DNA of 64,000 nt, taken from Squalus acanthias. Its lineage: Eukaryota. The notes under the pieces were generated by a model. That model ran no database searches. It worked only from the letters and a program-made list of their open reading frames with translations, and had not been told where the DNA came from. Both the position numbers and the translations under genes were made by a program. The stretch is from NCBI GenBank assembly GCA_030390025.1, contig CM059432.1:46564001-46628000 (forward strand), in the 5' to 3' direction. Shown here piece by piece: positions 1-13,754 of this stretch (position 1 is its first letter; each line of letters opens with the position of its first letter).

Positions 1-1574
1 CACATCCTTGAAGAGTTTTCTCTTTCTTCCTGTCTCTTGTCTCTGACCTTTAGCTGCCAACTAAAGAAATTAAGTAACAGGAAAAGAAGCTAAATTCACA
101 TAATTGACCTGACTTATTATTTCCTGTTATTACCGACAGTTAAACGTAATCATACTTTTCAATAAGGCCTATGGTCTAGATTCTGTGCTGGAGTACCCCA
201 ATGTGATTTAAAGACATCCTCAAAGGGTACTTTCATTCAAACTTAAATGTTCTGTCCATTGTAATTAGTTTGTGCCACTGCACCTCTTTTGTGCAGTATC
301 TCCATTTGGCCATTGTATCTGACCTTTGTAAACTGTTAAAACAAATGACTTGCACAGCAACTTGGTGGTAAAAGGGGCTGTGATTGGCAGGCACAGATAG
401 GTCATGTGTTGATATTCAGGGAAACGCAACCTATTTCTCCCCCAAATCTGAGCTATTACGATTCCTCAGTTGCCTCTTTTTTGGCTTAACGCATGGTTCT
501 AGTGAGTATAGCATACTGATCAAAGATTTTTCCTGTAGTCGCTTCTAGTCAGTAAGCCCTTTGATTTCTCCCTGTTAACTGTATGGTGGATAGAGGTCCA
601 GGGAGCAGGAGGAGAGTGTTACTCCAGATATGAACATATCTGGTCATATGTAATGGATTATTTATGTTTACATTTTCTTGCTATAACCCTTTGGCTGCTA
701 TGGGTGGTCACAATCAATTAAATACACATCAAGCATTCAAATCAACGCATTCCTTGCCCCACACACAACCATGGCAATCAAAGAGTTCAGGGCTGTGCAG
801 TGATTGTTTTGTATTTATTGATTCATATTTATTTTCAAACAGTTCTTAATGTCAGCTGTAAGTGTCTTTTTTCGGGAAGGGTAAATGGCTTTTTATACTA
901 TTATATATCTTATGTATTCAGCATCACTGTTTCACTGTGTTGTATTAAAAATGAAAAAAAAAAACTGTCAATAAATGGGAATCCAGACTATGAAGTTAAC
1001 ATAAGAACTCTTTGTTGAATGTGTCATTAAATACTTTTCTCTGATTTGTGTTTATGAGATTCATTAAAATGGACCTAAATTATCTGAACTCCTGTAATCT
1101 TACAGAGGGAAATTAATCTTGCTGGAAGATCTATTTATTATTACAAACCCAGAGTTAATCAATGGTGAAAAAGGATGGAATAAATGGATATTTAATTAGT
1201 AGTGCAAACATGTAATAATCTGCATTCAAATCATTGCACTGTTCTTTAACTACTGAACTTTTGGATTCACCGTCAAACAGTTCACTGTTGATGAACTTTC
1301 TGAATCTACAGGAGTATGTCTGGAAGTGTCAACAGACAGAGCAACATAGCATTTTAACATTACCACCCATTCTCACTCACATCGATGTCTTTTTGTCAGA
1401 AGTATTAAATTTAAAGGGAGCTTATTAAGTATTTTTTTACTATCTTTAAGTCATAGGGATCTAACAAAGCTGATGGTAGCCATGAAGTCCAGTCAATTTA
1501 AAAAATAATGGTTTGAAAAGAAATATGATACAAAATGAAGGAAATAAAATGAATGCTATAGTAAGATGACATAC

Positions 1575-1882
1575 CATAGCAGCCAAACTACAGTGCCTCA
1601 CCCCATTCTTCATATGTGAGCCCTGGTAGCAAGCTATTCAACGACATAAGTCACCACAATCAAGCCCAATCCTGTACTCACCCAACATTCGCGGATATAC
1701 ACTAACAACAGGGGTCGTTGGATAAATCAAGAGTGGGAACCATAGCCATTGTTTCTCTCACTAACACAAGGCCAATTGTAACACCCTTGCCACTGCTAAT
1801 ACAGCATACACCAGGGATTGAACGTGGGACAGTCCTGGTCTGTATGGGTCATCTATTCAGCGTGTGAACCCACTGAGTCATT
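1575..1882 (-). mobile_element. Old tRNA-derived SINE (degenerate)
   Basis: Minus strand begins TGACTCAGTGG (A-box-like) ... CAGACCAGGACTGTCCCACGTTCAATCCCTGG (B-box-like GTTCAATCC). Boundaries approximate. Confidence 0.55.
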
Positions 1883-2142
1883 GCATACTCCTCTCCTTTC
1901 TTTAAAGGGAAGACTCCAGACAGATGTCAATCAAAATATTATCAGTAAGCATTGCAATATGCAAAACTCATGATAACTGCACCATCTTTCAGTGTGTTTG
2001 AGAAAAGTCATCAAAAATAAACTAAGAAAATCATTAAAAAGCTATTTTACAGGCACAGATTAGCTTTCCAAGGACATTGATAGGATTAATAGGATATTAC
2101 ACTGTTGGCATTATTGATCCATGACAGTATTTTTTTTAATAC

Positions 2143-3050
2143 TGGGCGTGTGTGCTGTGAGGAGGATGCAGAGATCTCCGGTATGATTTGGACAGGTTGG
2201 GTGATTGAGCAGATGCATGGCAGATGCAGTATAATGTGGATAAATGCGAGATTATCCACTTCGGTGGCAAAAACAGGAAGACAGATTATTATCTGAACGG
2301 CAATAGATTGGGAAAAGGGGAAGTGCAATGAGACCTGGGTGTCCTTGTGCACCAGTCGCTGAAGTTAAGCATGCAGGTGCAGCAGGTGGTTAAGGCGGCA
2401 AATGGTATGTTGGCCTTCATAGCGAGAGGATTCGAGTACAGGAGCAAGGATGTCTTGCTGCAGTTGTACAAGGCCTTGGTGAGACCACACCTTGAGTATT
2501 GTGTGCAGTTTTGGTCACCTTATCTGAGGAAGGATGTTCTTGCCATGGAGAGAGTGCAGCGAAGATTCACCAAACTGATACCTGGGATGGCAGGAATGAC
2601 GTATGAAGAGAGATTGGGTCGATTAGGCTTATATTCGCTAGAGTTTAGAAGAATGAGAGGGGATCTCATTGAAACTTATAAAATTCTAACAGGACTAGAC
2701 AGACTAGATGCAGGAAGGATGTTCCCGATGGCGGGGGAGTCCAGAAGCAGAGGTCACAGTCTAAGGATAAGAGGTGAGCCATTTAGGACTGAGATGAGGA
2801 GGAATTTCTTCACCCAGAGAGTGGTGAACCTGTGGAATTCTCTACCACACAAGACAGTTGAGGCCAATTCATTAAATATATTCAAGAAGGAGTTAGATAT
2901 ATTTCTTAAGGCTAAAGGGATCAAGGGATATGGGGAGAAAGCAGGGACAGGGTACTGAATTTGGATGATCAGCCATGATCTCATTAAATGGCGGAACAGG
3001 CTCGAGGGGCCGAATGGCCTACTCCTGCTCCTATCTTCTATGTTTCTATG
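2143..3050 (+). mobile_element. CR1/HER1-type LINE, 5'-truncated 3' end
   Basis: ORF 2347-2958 is the CR1 ORF2 C-terminus ([41 protein letters not shown]), followed by the 3' UTR GGCCGAATGGCCTACTCCTGCTCC and a TTCTATGT repeat tail. Confidence 0.93.
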
Positions 3051-3599
3051 TTACCATACAGACAAGAATCATCACAAACCCACTCATGAGTGATTCTAGG
3101 CCAATGGTGACAATGTTCATTTTCAAATAGCCTTCAGTCGAGGCCAAATTAATGAAAAGTTTATGGATTTACAGTTGCCTTTGCTCCTTAGTTGAAAGAA
3201 GCTTAAGTGAAAAGCACTACTTTATGTACATCTTTAGTTTAACAGGCTTTCGACTAAGAACATGTTTGCTGAACCCTGTCGTATTTGGTAAAGTTCCTAA
3301 AAGGTTAGCTCATCAGTCATTCCAACTTTTCACAAAATCTCTGAGATTATCTTTGGCCAAAATACTGCTTAATTAGACAGCTTTCCCACTGAAATTACAG
3401 TCATTAATCCTCTATCGATCCTTCTCTCGCAACAGTTCTATTCCTTTTTTCCCAAACTCAGCTTATCAGATGTAGCGGACAGAGCAGTTCACTATTAGGA
3501 GTTAGCAATAGGACTGCTCTAATTGTTGCTGCAGTAATTAGTTTGGCCTCGAGTAAAACCGATAGAGATCAAGTAGCAGCCTTTTTATGCAAATAGTTA

Positions 3600-3795
3600 G
3601 CACCTTTGTCCTCTGCCTGTTGTTTTCCCTTCCCCCCTTTGTTTTTGTCTCTTCTTCTTTACCATGTCAGTTCTGATGAAGGGTCATATCCAAAATGTTA
3701 ACCTATCATTCTCTTGCAGATGCTGGTTGACTTGTGTATGTTGCCACCATTTTCTATTTTTATTTCAGATTTTCCACATTCTCAGTTTTTTCTAT
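3600..3795 (+). mobile_element. Penelope-like element terminal (pLTR) remnant with decayed hammerhead core
   Basis: CAGTT-CTGATGA-AGGGTCATATCC-aAAA-TGTTAAC followed by CAGATGCTG...TTTTTATTTCAGATTT. The related sequence occurs on the minus strand at 57690-58625. Confidence 0.6.
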
Positions 3796-3971
3796 TTATC
3801 TCTGCTACTTGGTTGACCTAAACCTGAAGTATGGCTGGTTAGAGATGAACCATAATCACAAACAAAAACCTTAAAAGGGTCCAAAATTAGTCATCTTAAG
3901 TCCGTGAAGACATCAATCTGGCCGAATGTTATCATCTTGAGTTCAGTCGCATGTCTCTCTTTAAAAACAAC

Positions 3972-4148
3972 GAGGGTGAATTTTCATGGGGTTCTACCGC
4001 CCAGCTGCCGTAACTTTGACGGAACAGCCGCGAAAACCCCAGAAAAAACGATGTAGATACTGCTTACACCATTTCCCTGGGGCTCCCATAGCCCTTCCAT
4101 CGAAGTTACAGTGGACAAGCATGAGAAGACCCACAGATATTCCCTTCC
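3972..4148. mobile_element. Short quasi-palindromic Harbinger-type MITE
   Basis: Starts GAGGGTGAATTTTC, has internal inverted arms (GTAACTTTGACGGAA / TTCCATCGAAGTTAC) and AAC/AAT flanks. Related to 40131-40256, 53972-54150 and 63618-63764. Confidence 0.55.
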
Positions 4149-4469
4149 AATGTTAGCACAATTGCTCTGATTCATCAGATGTTGCTCTGTGCATGTGCAG
4201 CATTGTTTTCGGTGACCAGCTGCAGCATTACTGGTGCGCTCCTGTTTGGTGTCTGTGCCCAAATAGCTAAAATGTCCCTCCGTGCTTCTGCATTTACAGA
4301 TTTTTTTAAATGTATTATTTTGAAGTTTTTTTGTTAAAGTACAATGCTATAAAATACTAATAATGTTATTATGGAATACAGCAATATAAATTAAATAAAT
4401 TGTAAGACCAAACACTTTATTGTGATCTGTTCTTTCGCCATGCCGATGGATCCCACTTAAAAAGAACTC

Positions 4470-5655
4470 GGCCCAGAAAATGGATCATGCCCAAAGTGGC
4501 TGATCCAGGTGTCTTAAAGTGGTTGGCACCAGGACCATGGTAAATTGGGTCGCCTGCCTCATTTGTTAGTGGCGAGCTGCATGCACCAGTTGTGACCTGG
4601 AGATAGCTCGCCAGTGATGGGGGGGCGGTGGGGGGGAGGGGAGGGGGAAGCGAGATCATTCAGCTGGGATGTTTGCCAAGGCCCTAAGCTGAGTCAGGGG
4701 GGGGGGGGGGGGGTTGCGGGGAGGCACTCGAAAGGGGTGTGGGGGGCGGTGAGCACAGGCAAGCAGTGACCCACAGTCTGACTGTGGAACCAGGAGAAGC
4801 AAAAGTGTAAGTAAAAAGGTTTAAGGGTAAGCTGACAAAAGTGGACACAGCTTGCACAGTGCAGGCTGCGATCAGTCGCCAACCAATTTCACAAAGGGGC
4901 CTGAAACAGGCGTTAGGACCCTGATCTTCGTAAGCAATGGGCTTAATGCCAGTTTAATGCCCTGGTGACTACAGGGCCCCCTAACCAATATTAACGTGTG
5001 GACTGAATGCGCACATGTTGCACGCCACATTCAGCCCTGCAGCGCCTGTTTTTGGCACTCAAAATGGATGCTACGCAATTGAATTTCTAGAGCCTTGAGC
5101 TCAATTTCTATTGAATTGTAATAAGTTTCATGGAGAATGATGAACGTTTCAGCCAGTGAGACCACCCAACCTGCATTTCTCTCTCCCTGTCCCCACCGGG
5201 ACCACCAATGGCCACTCCTTCCCCGCCCACTGCATGTAAATTATAGCAGATTTTTCCCGGCATCTTCACCAGTTGCCGTTGCTTCTCGGGACCATCATGG
5301 GGAAAGTGGCAGTAGGCCCGAGGAAGTGGTGGTAATGGCCTGAGGTTCCCCCATGAAGGGAGAGGGCCATCGCTTTTCATTGTGCCCCCAGCACTTAACT
5401 GCTGAAAACCCAAATTTCAACCGGGACCCTTCAGTGGAACTGTAGTTTGGGCACCTCTTGTGGTGCTGCAGCAGCAGTCCCACTGCAGCATCACTGGGAT
5501 TTCCTTGGGGACAATGGTGAGCTCCTGTTTGGTGTTGGGAATCCCTCCAGGAGCCTGTCAATGATCCCCAAGCCAGGCAAATGGTCGGGATCGAAGGTAT
5601 GGCTGGATGCCCCACCCTACTGCTACTCTGCTCCTTAAAGGAAAAGCCAGCCCTA
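4470..5655. mobile_element. One or two adjacent degenerate non-autonomous Harbinger-type elements
   Basis: GC-rich block with G-runs. Left end GGCCCAGAAAAT, internal end AATTTCTAGAGCC (5094), far end AAAAGCCAGCCC, all resembling termini of other Harbinger derivatives here. No clean TSD. Confidence 0.4.
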
Positions 5656-6027
5656 TTTTTCTAGAATAAATTGTTCCCATATAAAAGTAGGGATATCAAC
5701 AAAGCAAATACTGCTATAGCAGTGAGAGAAATGGAGAGGTACTGCTGGGGGAGGGAAATCTAGAGAATCACCACCCACACTAAAAGTGGGGTGCTCAATA
5801 ATGATAGCAAAATTATAACATGGGAGTCATTTTAACTAACGTTGCCCTTCAGGACACTGAAGTCAATGGGAAGTAAAATCTGGTGGGGTGTAAAACGGGC
5901 AACTGATCTGTTCCCCCGCAATGTGTTTATAACATGCAAATTTCCTGGGTCAGCTCATTTGTGATATTAGTCTCAGATCAGGTTGCAGAAGTGTATGGAG
6001 CACATTAGTGGGAGCAAACAATTAAAG

Positions 6028-6627
6028 GCATGCCTCAGCTCATCTGCTGCTGAAACCCTCATCCATGCCTTTGTTACCTCTAGACTTGACTATTCCAATG
6101 CACTCCTGGCTGGCCTCCCACGTTCTACCCTCCGTAAACTTGAGGTCAACTAAAACTCTGCTGCCCGTGTCCTAACTCGCACCAAGTCCCGTTCACCCAT
6201 CACCCCTGTGCTCGCTGACCTACATTGGCTCCCAGTTAAGCAACACCTTGATTAAAAAATTCTCATCCTTGTTTTCAAATCCCTCCATGGCCTCGCTCCT
6301 CCCTATCTCTGCAATCTCTTCCAGCCCCACAACCCCCCGAGATATCTGCGCTCCTCCAATTCCACCCTCTTGAGCATCCCTGATTTTAATCGCTCCACCA
6401 TTGTTGGCCATGTCGTCAGCTGCCAAAGCCCCAAGCTCTGGAATTCCCTGCCTAAACCTCTCCGCCTCTCTACCTCTCTTCCCTCCTTTAAGATGCTCCT
6501 TAAAATCTACCTCTTTGACCAAGCTTTTGGTCATCTGCCCTAATATCTCCTTACATGGCTCAGTGTCAAATTTTGCTTGATAACACTCCTGTGAAGCGCC
6601 TTGGGACGTTTTACTATGTTAAAGGTG
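6028..6627 (+). mobile_element. L2 LINE 3' fragment
   Basis: Encodes AAETLIHAFVTSRLDYSNALLAG...PVLADLHWLPV, with the 3' end GTGAAGCGCCTTGGGACGTTTTACTATGTTAAAGGTG typical of L2. Confidence 0.9.
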
Positions 6628-7674
6628 TGAGGGTGGAGGGGGAATTCTGAAAGCCTTTAGAAAAGCTCAGAAGGCATCTCAACCCATTAGTAACCTTTGC
6701 CAAGGCTGAAATAGCAGGACATTAAGAAATGACAGATAAATAGAAAGGCAAAGGAATCCTCATGTGTAGGCTTGAGGTCATATCTGACCAGCCCTATCAC
6801 TTACTATGCCAGCACTATAGTGCATATTCGTAGCAGACGTCCTTACAGCAGATGGAACAACTCTGGATCTGACTTTGCTGACCCAGGCTTTGTGATTACA
6901 CTTCCCTAAAACCATTGCCAGCTAGGTCCAACAACGTCTGCAAATATGATAGGTGGCATGGTGGCAGGTGCAGCCAATTAAGCTTTGCTGACTGATGACC
7001 AGCCAAAATACCTTCATTCCTGAAGTGCCATGACATGCTGTAATTGGGTGCTTCTGAACAACCATCCAGCATAATGGTTAGTTAAGCTTTCACACTTATT
7101 TCTGCTGTTACAACCTACCTTGAGAATTAGAGTCTCCACGGGTACTGTCTGCCAAGGCGAGCTCTGCTTACCGCTTCTTAATAAATTAAGAAATACTCCA
7201 CTTTCAATATAAGTGTTTCAGTTACAGCATAAATCTGTTATGCAGCAACAGGAATTTGCTGATTTTTTAATGTTATACCATAGGATAGTACACATTTAGT
7301 TATGATAATAAAATGTACTGGCTCTCAAAGACAATATTATAATGAGCGTGTTTTCACATCAGATATAGGGGTAAATATATTCATAATAATTTCACCCCAT
7401 CTGAACTTGGCTGGTTCATTTAGGTCATACTTTTACTCTAATTGGATTGGTTGACCATGTCTAAAAACCTCTGAGCCTACCAATCAGAGACATGACCCAC
7501 AAAAGTACAGGACAAATGACCAAAATCAGGGATATTTCTTTTGACTATAAGTACCACCTCAAGCCTTTCTTTGCACCCTTGTTTTCATATCTCTGTAGCA
7601 TAGTAACTCGCCTCTTAAACTTATATCTCTTGCAAGAGGATCTGAATCTTACATTACATCAGTTATGTTTTCTT

Positions 7675-7750
7675 AAATTCATTCTCGGAATGTGGCATCG
7701 TTGGCAAGGCTGGCATTTATTGCTCATCCCTAGGTGTCCTGAGAAGGTGG
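7675..7750 (-). mobile_element. Short 3' tail of the second CR1-group LINE family
   Basis: GTGGCATCGTTGGCAAGGCTGGCATTTATTGCTCATCCCTAGGTGTCCTGAGAAGGTGGT matches the reverse complement of the 3' end at 20470-20545. Confidence 0.6.
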
Positions 7751-8799
7751 TAGGCCCCCTTCTTGAAGCACTGGGTAATGGTTTTGATACAGCAGAGTGG
7801 CTTTCTAGGCCACTTCAGAGGACAGTTAACCACACTAGTGTGGGACTGGAGTCACATGTAGACCAGACCGGGTAAGAAACAGTTTTCCTTCTCTAAAAGG
7901 TGGGTTGATAGTCCAGTTGCATAACCACTGGGGCACCGTACCCATAGATTGTTGCAGTAAGCGAGAGCTACAGAACGGTTGGGATTGTGGATGAGCTTGA
8001 GGACCAGTTTCAGGCAGTCGTGGTGATGCTAGTACATACTGATGTGCTTACATGCTCTGTTAGTGCCTGGTAGCATTTGGTTGCGCCATCAGGGCTTTGA
8101 CAGTTATTCTGTTCAGGAGCACCCAATGCTTGATGTGCAACTCATGTAAGACCTGCTGTTGATGTTGCAGCCAGTCACTGACGGTGAACCAGGAATAGGG
8201 AGTACATTTTAAAGGATTTCTCCTGGTTTAGCTTAAGGGAGTACATTATTGCTTTGTGCTGGGTTATCTTCCATAGCATTGATTCAAAAACTTTAAAAGG
8301 GTGAAATATTTGCATTGTTACTATGTTCCTGGCTTACTTTTATTGCCATTCATACTGTGTGTATGAGGGAGGGGGATCTAAAGAAGCTTTTATTTTGTAA
8401 TGTGTGTTTCTGAAATGTTTGGGCTGCAGCAGAAAGTTCATTGTTTTAGAGGAAGTCCTAGAAAGAGATTTTCAAACCAAATTTTGACAAGACTGGATAT
8501 ACATTCCTCTGTGTGCGAAGTTAAACAAAGATTATTTTAATAAATTGTCATTTTAAACCAATGTAAGTGATATAGTGAAGAAAAATAATATTTTGATCCT
8601 CAGTAATTTAATCCTCACCGATTTCTAGAGCTCACCATCTGCTGCAGTATAATGTGGTTTTACTTCAAGTTAAAGCCTAACTGTGGCCAAGTGAAAGGCT
8701 GTCTTGTGATGTAAGTACAAGCTTGACAATTATTTTCCTTAAACAAAAGATATTGCACCGGAGAAGGACTGTTGTATTATTGTACATGGCACATGGCAT

Positions 8800-9325
8800 C
8801 TAGAAACCAAAAATATAATAATGAATAGTCAACATGGATTTCAAAAGGGAAAGTCTTGCTTGACCAACCTTACTGAATTTTTTGAAGAGGTAACAGAGAG
8901 AGTAGGCAATGGTAATGCAGTAGATGTAATTTATCTGGATTTTCAAAAGGCCTTCAATAAGGTACCCCATAATAGACTGATGAACAAGGTCAGAGAATGC
9001 GGAGTCAGGGGACAAGTAGTAGAATGGATTGCTGGCTGGCTTCAGGGCAGAGAGCAGAGAGTAGGAGTAATGGGTAGCTATTCACAGTGGCAGAAGGTGG
9101 GTAGTGGTGTTCCACAAGGATCAGTGCTGGGACCACTGCTGTTCACAATTTACATTAACGATTTAGACATAGGAATCAAAAACACAATTACTAAATTTGC
9201 GGATGACACCAAATTGGGGGGGAGGGATAGTCAATACTGAAGAGGACTGCTACAAGTTACAGGAGGACATTAACAAACTTGCAGAATGGGCATATAATTG
9301 GCAAATGAAGTTCAACACAGATAAA
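8800..9325 (+). mobile_element. CR1 LINE RT region (left part of an element split by a younger CR1)
   Basis: ORF 8821-9240: [38 protein letters not shown]. Coding sequence breaks at FNTDK and resumes at 11993 (KCEVLHFG). Confidence 0.92.
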
Positions 9326-11992
9326 CTATTACAGCTGTGAGGAGGGATGATATGTTGGAGGGATCATCAAACGAGGCCATATGGGTCGAATTGAAAAACA
9401 AAAAAGGGGTGATCACACTGCTGGGAGTGTACTATAGACCCCAAAACAGTGAGAGGGAGATAGAAGAGCAAATATGTAGACAAATTTCTGAGAAGTGCAA
9501 AAACTACAGGGCAGTAATTGTAGGGGATTTCAACTACCCCAATATTAACTGGGATAAAATTAGTGTGAAGAGTATAGAGGGTGCGAAATTCCTAAAATGC
9601 ATCCAGGAGAACTTTTTTAGCTGGTATGTCGCAAGCCCAACAAGGGAGGGAGACGGTTCTGGACTTAGTTTTAGGGAATGAAGCTGGGCAGGTAGAAGGC
9701 TTATCAGTGTGGGTGCATTTTGGTGCTAGTGACCATAATTCTGTTAGATTTAAGGTAGTTATGGAAAAGGACAAGGATAGACCAGGAATAAAAATTCTAA
9801 ATTGGGGAAAAGCAAATTTTGCTAAGCTCAGAGGGGATTTAGCCATAGTGGACTGGAAACAGTTACTTGAAGGTAAATCAGTGTCAGAGCAGTGGGAGGC
9901 ATTCAAGGAGGAGATCTGGAGGGTTCAGACCAAATATGTGCCTTTAAAGAAAAAAGGTGGGACTAACAAATCTAGAGCCCCCTGGATGTCTAGGGACATA
10001 CAGGGTAGCATAAAGAAAAAGAGGGAGGCGTATGACAGATACCGAGGGCTAAATACTGCAGAATCTTTAGAGGAGTACAGAAAGTGCAGGGGTGCAATTA
10101 AAAAGGATATTAGGAAAGCAAAGAGAGAGCATGAAAAATTCTTGGCAAGTAAAATCAAGGAAAACCCAAAGATGTTTTATAAATATATTAAGAGTAAGAG
10201 GATAACTAAAGAAAGGGTAGGGCCTATTAGAGATCATGAGGGTAATGTGTGTGTGGAGGCGGGAGACGTCGGTAGGGTTCTTAATGAATACTTTGCGTCT
10301 GTTTTCACAAAGGAGAGGGGCGAAGCAGATATTGCTATCAGGGAGGAGGTGTGTGAAATATTAGATGAAATAAACATAGTGAGAGAGGAAGTATTAAGAG
10401 GTTTAACAGCTTTAAAAGTGGATAAATCCCCAGGCCCGGATGAAATGTATCCCAGGCTGTTAAACGAAGCAAAAGAGGAAATAGCAGAGGCCCTGACCAT
10501 CATTTTCCAATCCCTCTGGCTTCAGGTGTGGTGCCGGAGGACTGGAGGACTGCTAATGTGGTGCCCTTGTTTAAAAAGGGAGAAAAGGATAGACCGAGTA
10601 ATTACAGGCCAGTCAGCCTAACCTCAGTGGTGGGAAAATTATTGAAAGAATTCTGAAGGACAGGATAAATCTTCATTTAGAAAGACACAGATTAATCAAG
10701 GATAGTGAGCACGGATTCGTTAAGGGAAGGTCATGTCTGACAAACTTGATTTAATTTTTTGAGGAGGTAACAAGGAGGGTAGATGAGGGTAGTGCGTTTG
10801 ATGTAGTGTATATGGAATTAGCAAGGCTTTTGATAAGGTTCCACATGACAGACTGGTCATGAAGTTAAAAGCCCATGGGATCAAGGGCAAAGTTTCAAGT
10901 TGGATTCAAAACTGGCTCAGAGGCAGGAAGCAGAGGGTAATTGTTGATGGGTGTTTTTGTGACTGGAAGGCTGTTTCCAGTGGGGTTGCACAGGGCTCAG
11001 TACTAGGTCCCTTGCTTTTTGTGGTATATATCAATGATCTACACTTGAATATAGGGGGTATGATTATAAAGTTTGCAGATGATACTAAAATCGGCTGTGT
11101 GGTTGATACTGATAAAGGAAGCTGTAGACTGCAGGAAGATATCAATAAATTGGTCAGGTGGGCAGAACAGTGGCAAATGGAATTCAATCCGGAGAAGTGT
11201 GAGGTAATGCATTTGGGGAGGGCTAACAAGGAAAGGGAATACACTTAAATGGTAGGACACTGAGTAATGTAGAGCAATAAAGGGACCTTGGAGTGCATGC
11301 CCACAGATCCCTGAAGGTAGCAGGCCAAGTAGATAAGGTGGTTAAGAAGGCATACGGAATGCTTGCCTTTATTAGCCATGGCATAGAATACAAGAGCAGG
11401 GGGGTTATGCTTGAACTGTATAAAAAACTAGTTAGGCCTCAGCTAGAGTACTGCGTGCAGTTCTGGTCACCACATTACAGGAAAGATGTGATTGCACGAG
11501 AGAGGGTACAGAGGAGATTTACATGGATGTTGCCGGGAGTAGAGAATCTTAGCTATGAGGAAAGACTGGATAGGCTGGGTTTGTTTTCCTTGGAACAGAG
11601 GAGGCTGAGGGGAGACCTTATTGAGGTGTATAAAATTATGAGGGGCCTAGATAAAGTGGATAGGAAGGACCTATTTCCCTTAGCAGAGGGGTCAAAAACC
11701 AGAGGGCACAGATTTAAAGTAATTGGTGGAAGGTTTAGAGGGGATTTGAGGGGAAATTTCTTCACCCAGAGGGTTGTGGGGGTCTGGAACTCACTACCTG
11801 AAAGGGTGGTAGAGGCAGGAACCCTAACCACATTTAAAAAGTACTGGATGTGCACTTGGGATGCTCTAACCTGCAGGGCTACGGACCAAGAGCTGGGAAG
11901 TGGGATTAGGCTGGATAGCTCTTTGTTGGCTGGCGCGGACACAATGGGCCGAAATGGCCTCCTTCCGTGCTGTAACTTTCTATGATTCTATG
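9326..11992 (+). mobile_element. CR1 LINE (EN-RT to 3' end) nested in another CR1
   Basis: Frameshifted ORFs 9337-11985 carry GVYYRP, GDFN, SDHN, KSPGPD, FADDTK and WNSLP; tail TTCTATGATTCTATG; AAA on both sides. Same subfamily as 37003-39770. Confidence 0.93.
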
Positions 11993-12790
11993 AAATGTGA
12001 GGTATTACATTTTGGTAGGAAGAATAGGGAGGTCACTTATCACTTGGAGGGTGCGAGTCTAGGTGGGGTAGAGGAACAAAGGGATCTAGGAGTACAAATA
12101 CACAAATCACTAAAAGTTGTGACACAGGTTAACAAGGCCATAAAAAAAGCAAACTAAGCACTAGGGTTTATTTCTAGAGGGATAGAATTGAAAAGTAGGG
12201 AAGTTATGCTAAACCTGTATCGAATCTTGGTTAGACCACACTTAGAGTACTGTATACAGTTCTGGTCGCCATATTATAAAAATGATATAGAGGCACTGGA
12301 GAGGGTGCAGAGAAGATTTACAAGGATGATACCAGAAATGTGAGGGTATACATATCAGGAACGGATGAACAGGCTGGGTCTCTTTTCGCTTGAAAAAAGA
12401 AGGCTGAGGGGTGACCTAATAGAGGTCTTTAAAATAACGAAAAATTTTGATCGAGTGGATACAGAGAGAATGTTTCCACTTGTGGGGAAGAGCATAACTA
12501 GAGGCCATCAATATAAAATAGTCACCAAGAAATCCAATAGGGAATTCAGAAGAAACTTCTTTACCCAAAGAGTGGTGAGAATGTGAAATTCGCTACCACA
12601 GGGAGTGGTTGAAGCAAATAGTATAGATGCATTTAAGGGGAGGCTAGACAAGCATATGAGGGAGAAAGGAATAGAGGATTATGCTGATAGATTTAGATGA
12701 GGAAAGACAGGAGGAGGCTCATGTGGAACATAAACGCTGGCATGGACTGGTTGGGCCGAATGGCCTGTTTCTGTGCCGTATATTCTATAT
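11993..12790 (+). mobile_element. CR1 LINE 3' part (continuation of 8800-9325)
   Basis: Resumes KCEVLHFGRKN, then RRLRGDLIEVFK and FFTQRVV; ends GGCCGAATGGCCTGTTTCTGTGCCGTATATTCTAT. Confidence 0.9.
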
Positions 12791-13754
12791 TCATTTAAAA
12801 TAGTAATGTGTAGATAAGTATCGCACAATTACTTGTCGTAGTATCGAAGTTCACATATGACATGAATTTTATTTGCAAAATAATGAGAACAAAATTGAAG
12901 CAAGCAACAGTAAAGATAGTGAATGTGGAACATCCCGTGTTATCAAAGTGATATGTATCAGAGTACCAAAACATCTCGAATATACTGATGCTAGAAAAAT
13001 CCATTCAAAGAAACAGAAAATACGGAGCAGGTCTCAATGAGGATAATTTTTTTTTAAACGTTCAAAAACTTGCAATTAAAAGACTAGAAACATGACTTTG
13101 TTTCCTGCTGCTCCTGAAAACCTGGTCACAATGTTGAGAGCCCCTCGAACAAGCACAATTGGAGCATACTCACATTTGAGAATCGGGGCGTGGTCAGTTT
13201 TGTGGACAGAGTTTCGTTTGGTCAGAGGGTTTGATGGATGGACGTAAAAGATCGAGGAGACTTGTGCGTATTGTAGTTACGCGTGGAATTCACTTCCACC
13301 CAAAATTCCGCGATCCTTTAAGCCACATAATTCATTTGCTCCCAGATTACAGGTGTATTGGTGCGCAAACGCGAAGGCAACTCCAGGCCCATAGAACCGC
13401 GGAAGAGTCACCTGTGGAGTGGAACTGATCATAATTGATTATTGGAGATGACAGTACTTGATTGATAGCTTGGATTGTTTTCATAATTATCTGCAGTGGA
13501 CAGGAAGAAATTTAACAGAGTTTTATCTTTTTAGAAGTTTCACCTGTGTTTATCTACCCTCAAGAGATGAAGTTGCAAGGAGCCCAAGTCAGTACAATTT
13601 GCAGGAGGTAGAACTTGCCCAGGGGTCCTCTTGACCTCCTGCCGTTTCTCTGGGGTTTTCACCAATTTTCTGCTGGGATATTGGGAGAACACCTGTGAAA
13701 ATTCTCACTCTCTACTCCCACTGCAATATGGATATTAGTGGAAATAGACTTCTG

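Noticed and set aside
6830..7200. Possible very old transposase remnant
   Set aside because: Too degenerate to support by eye; needs TBLASTN.
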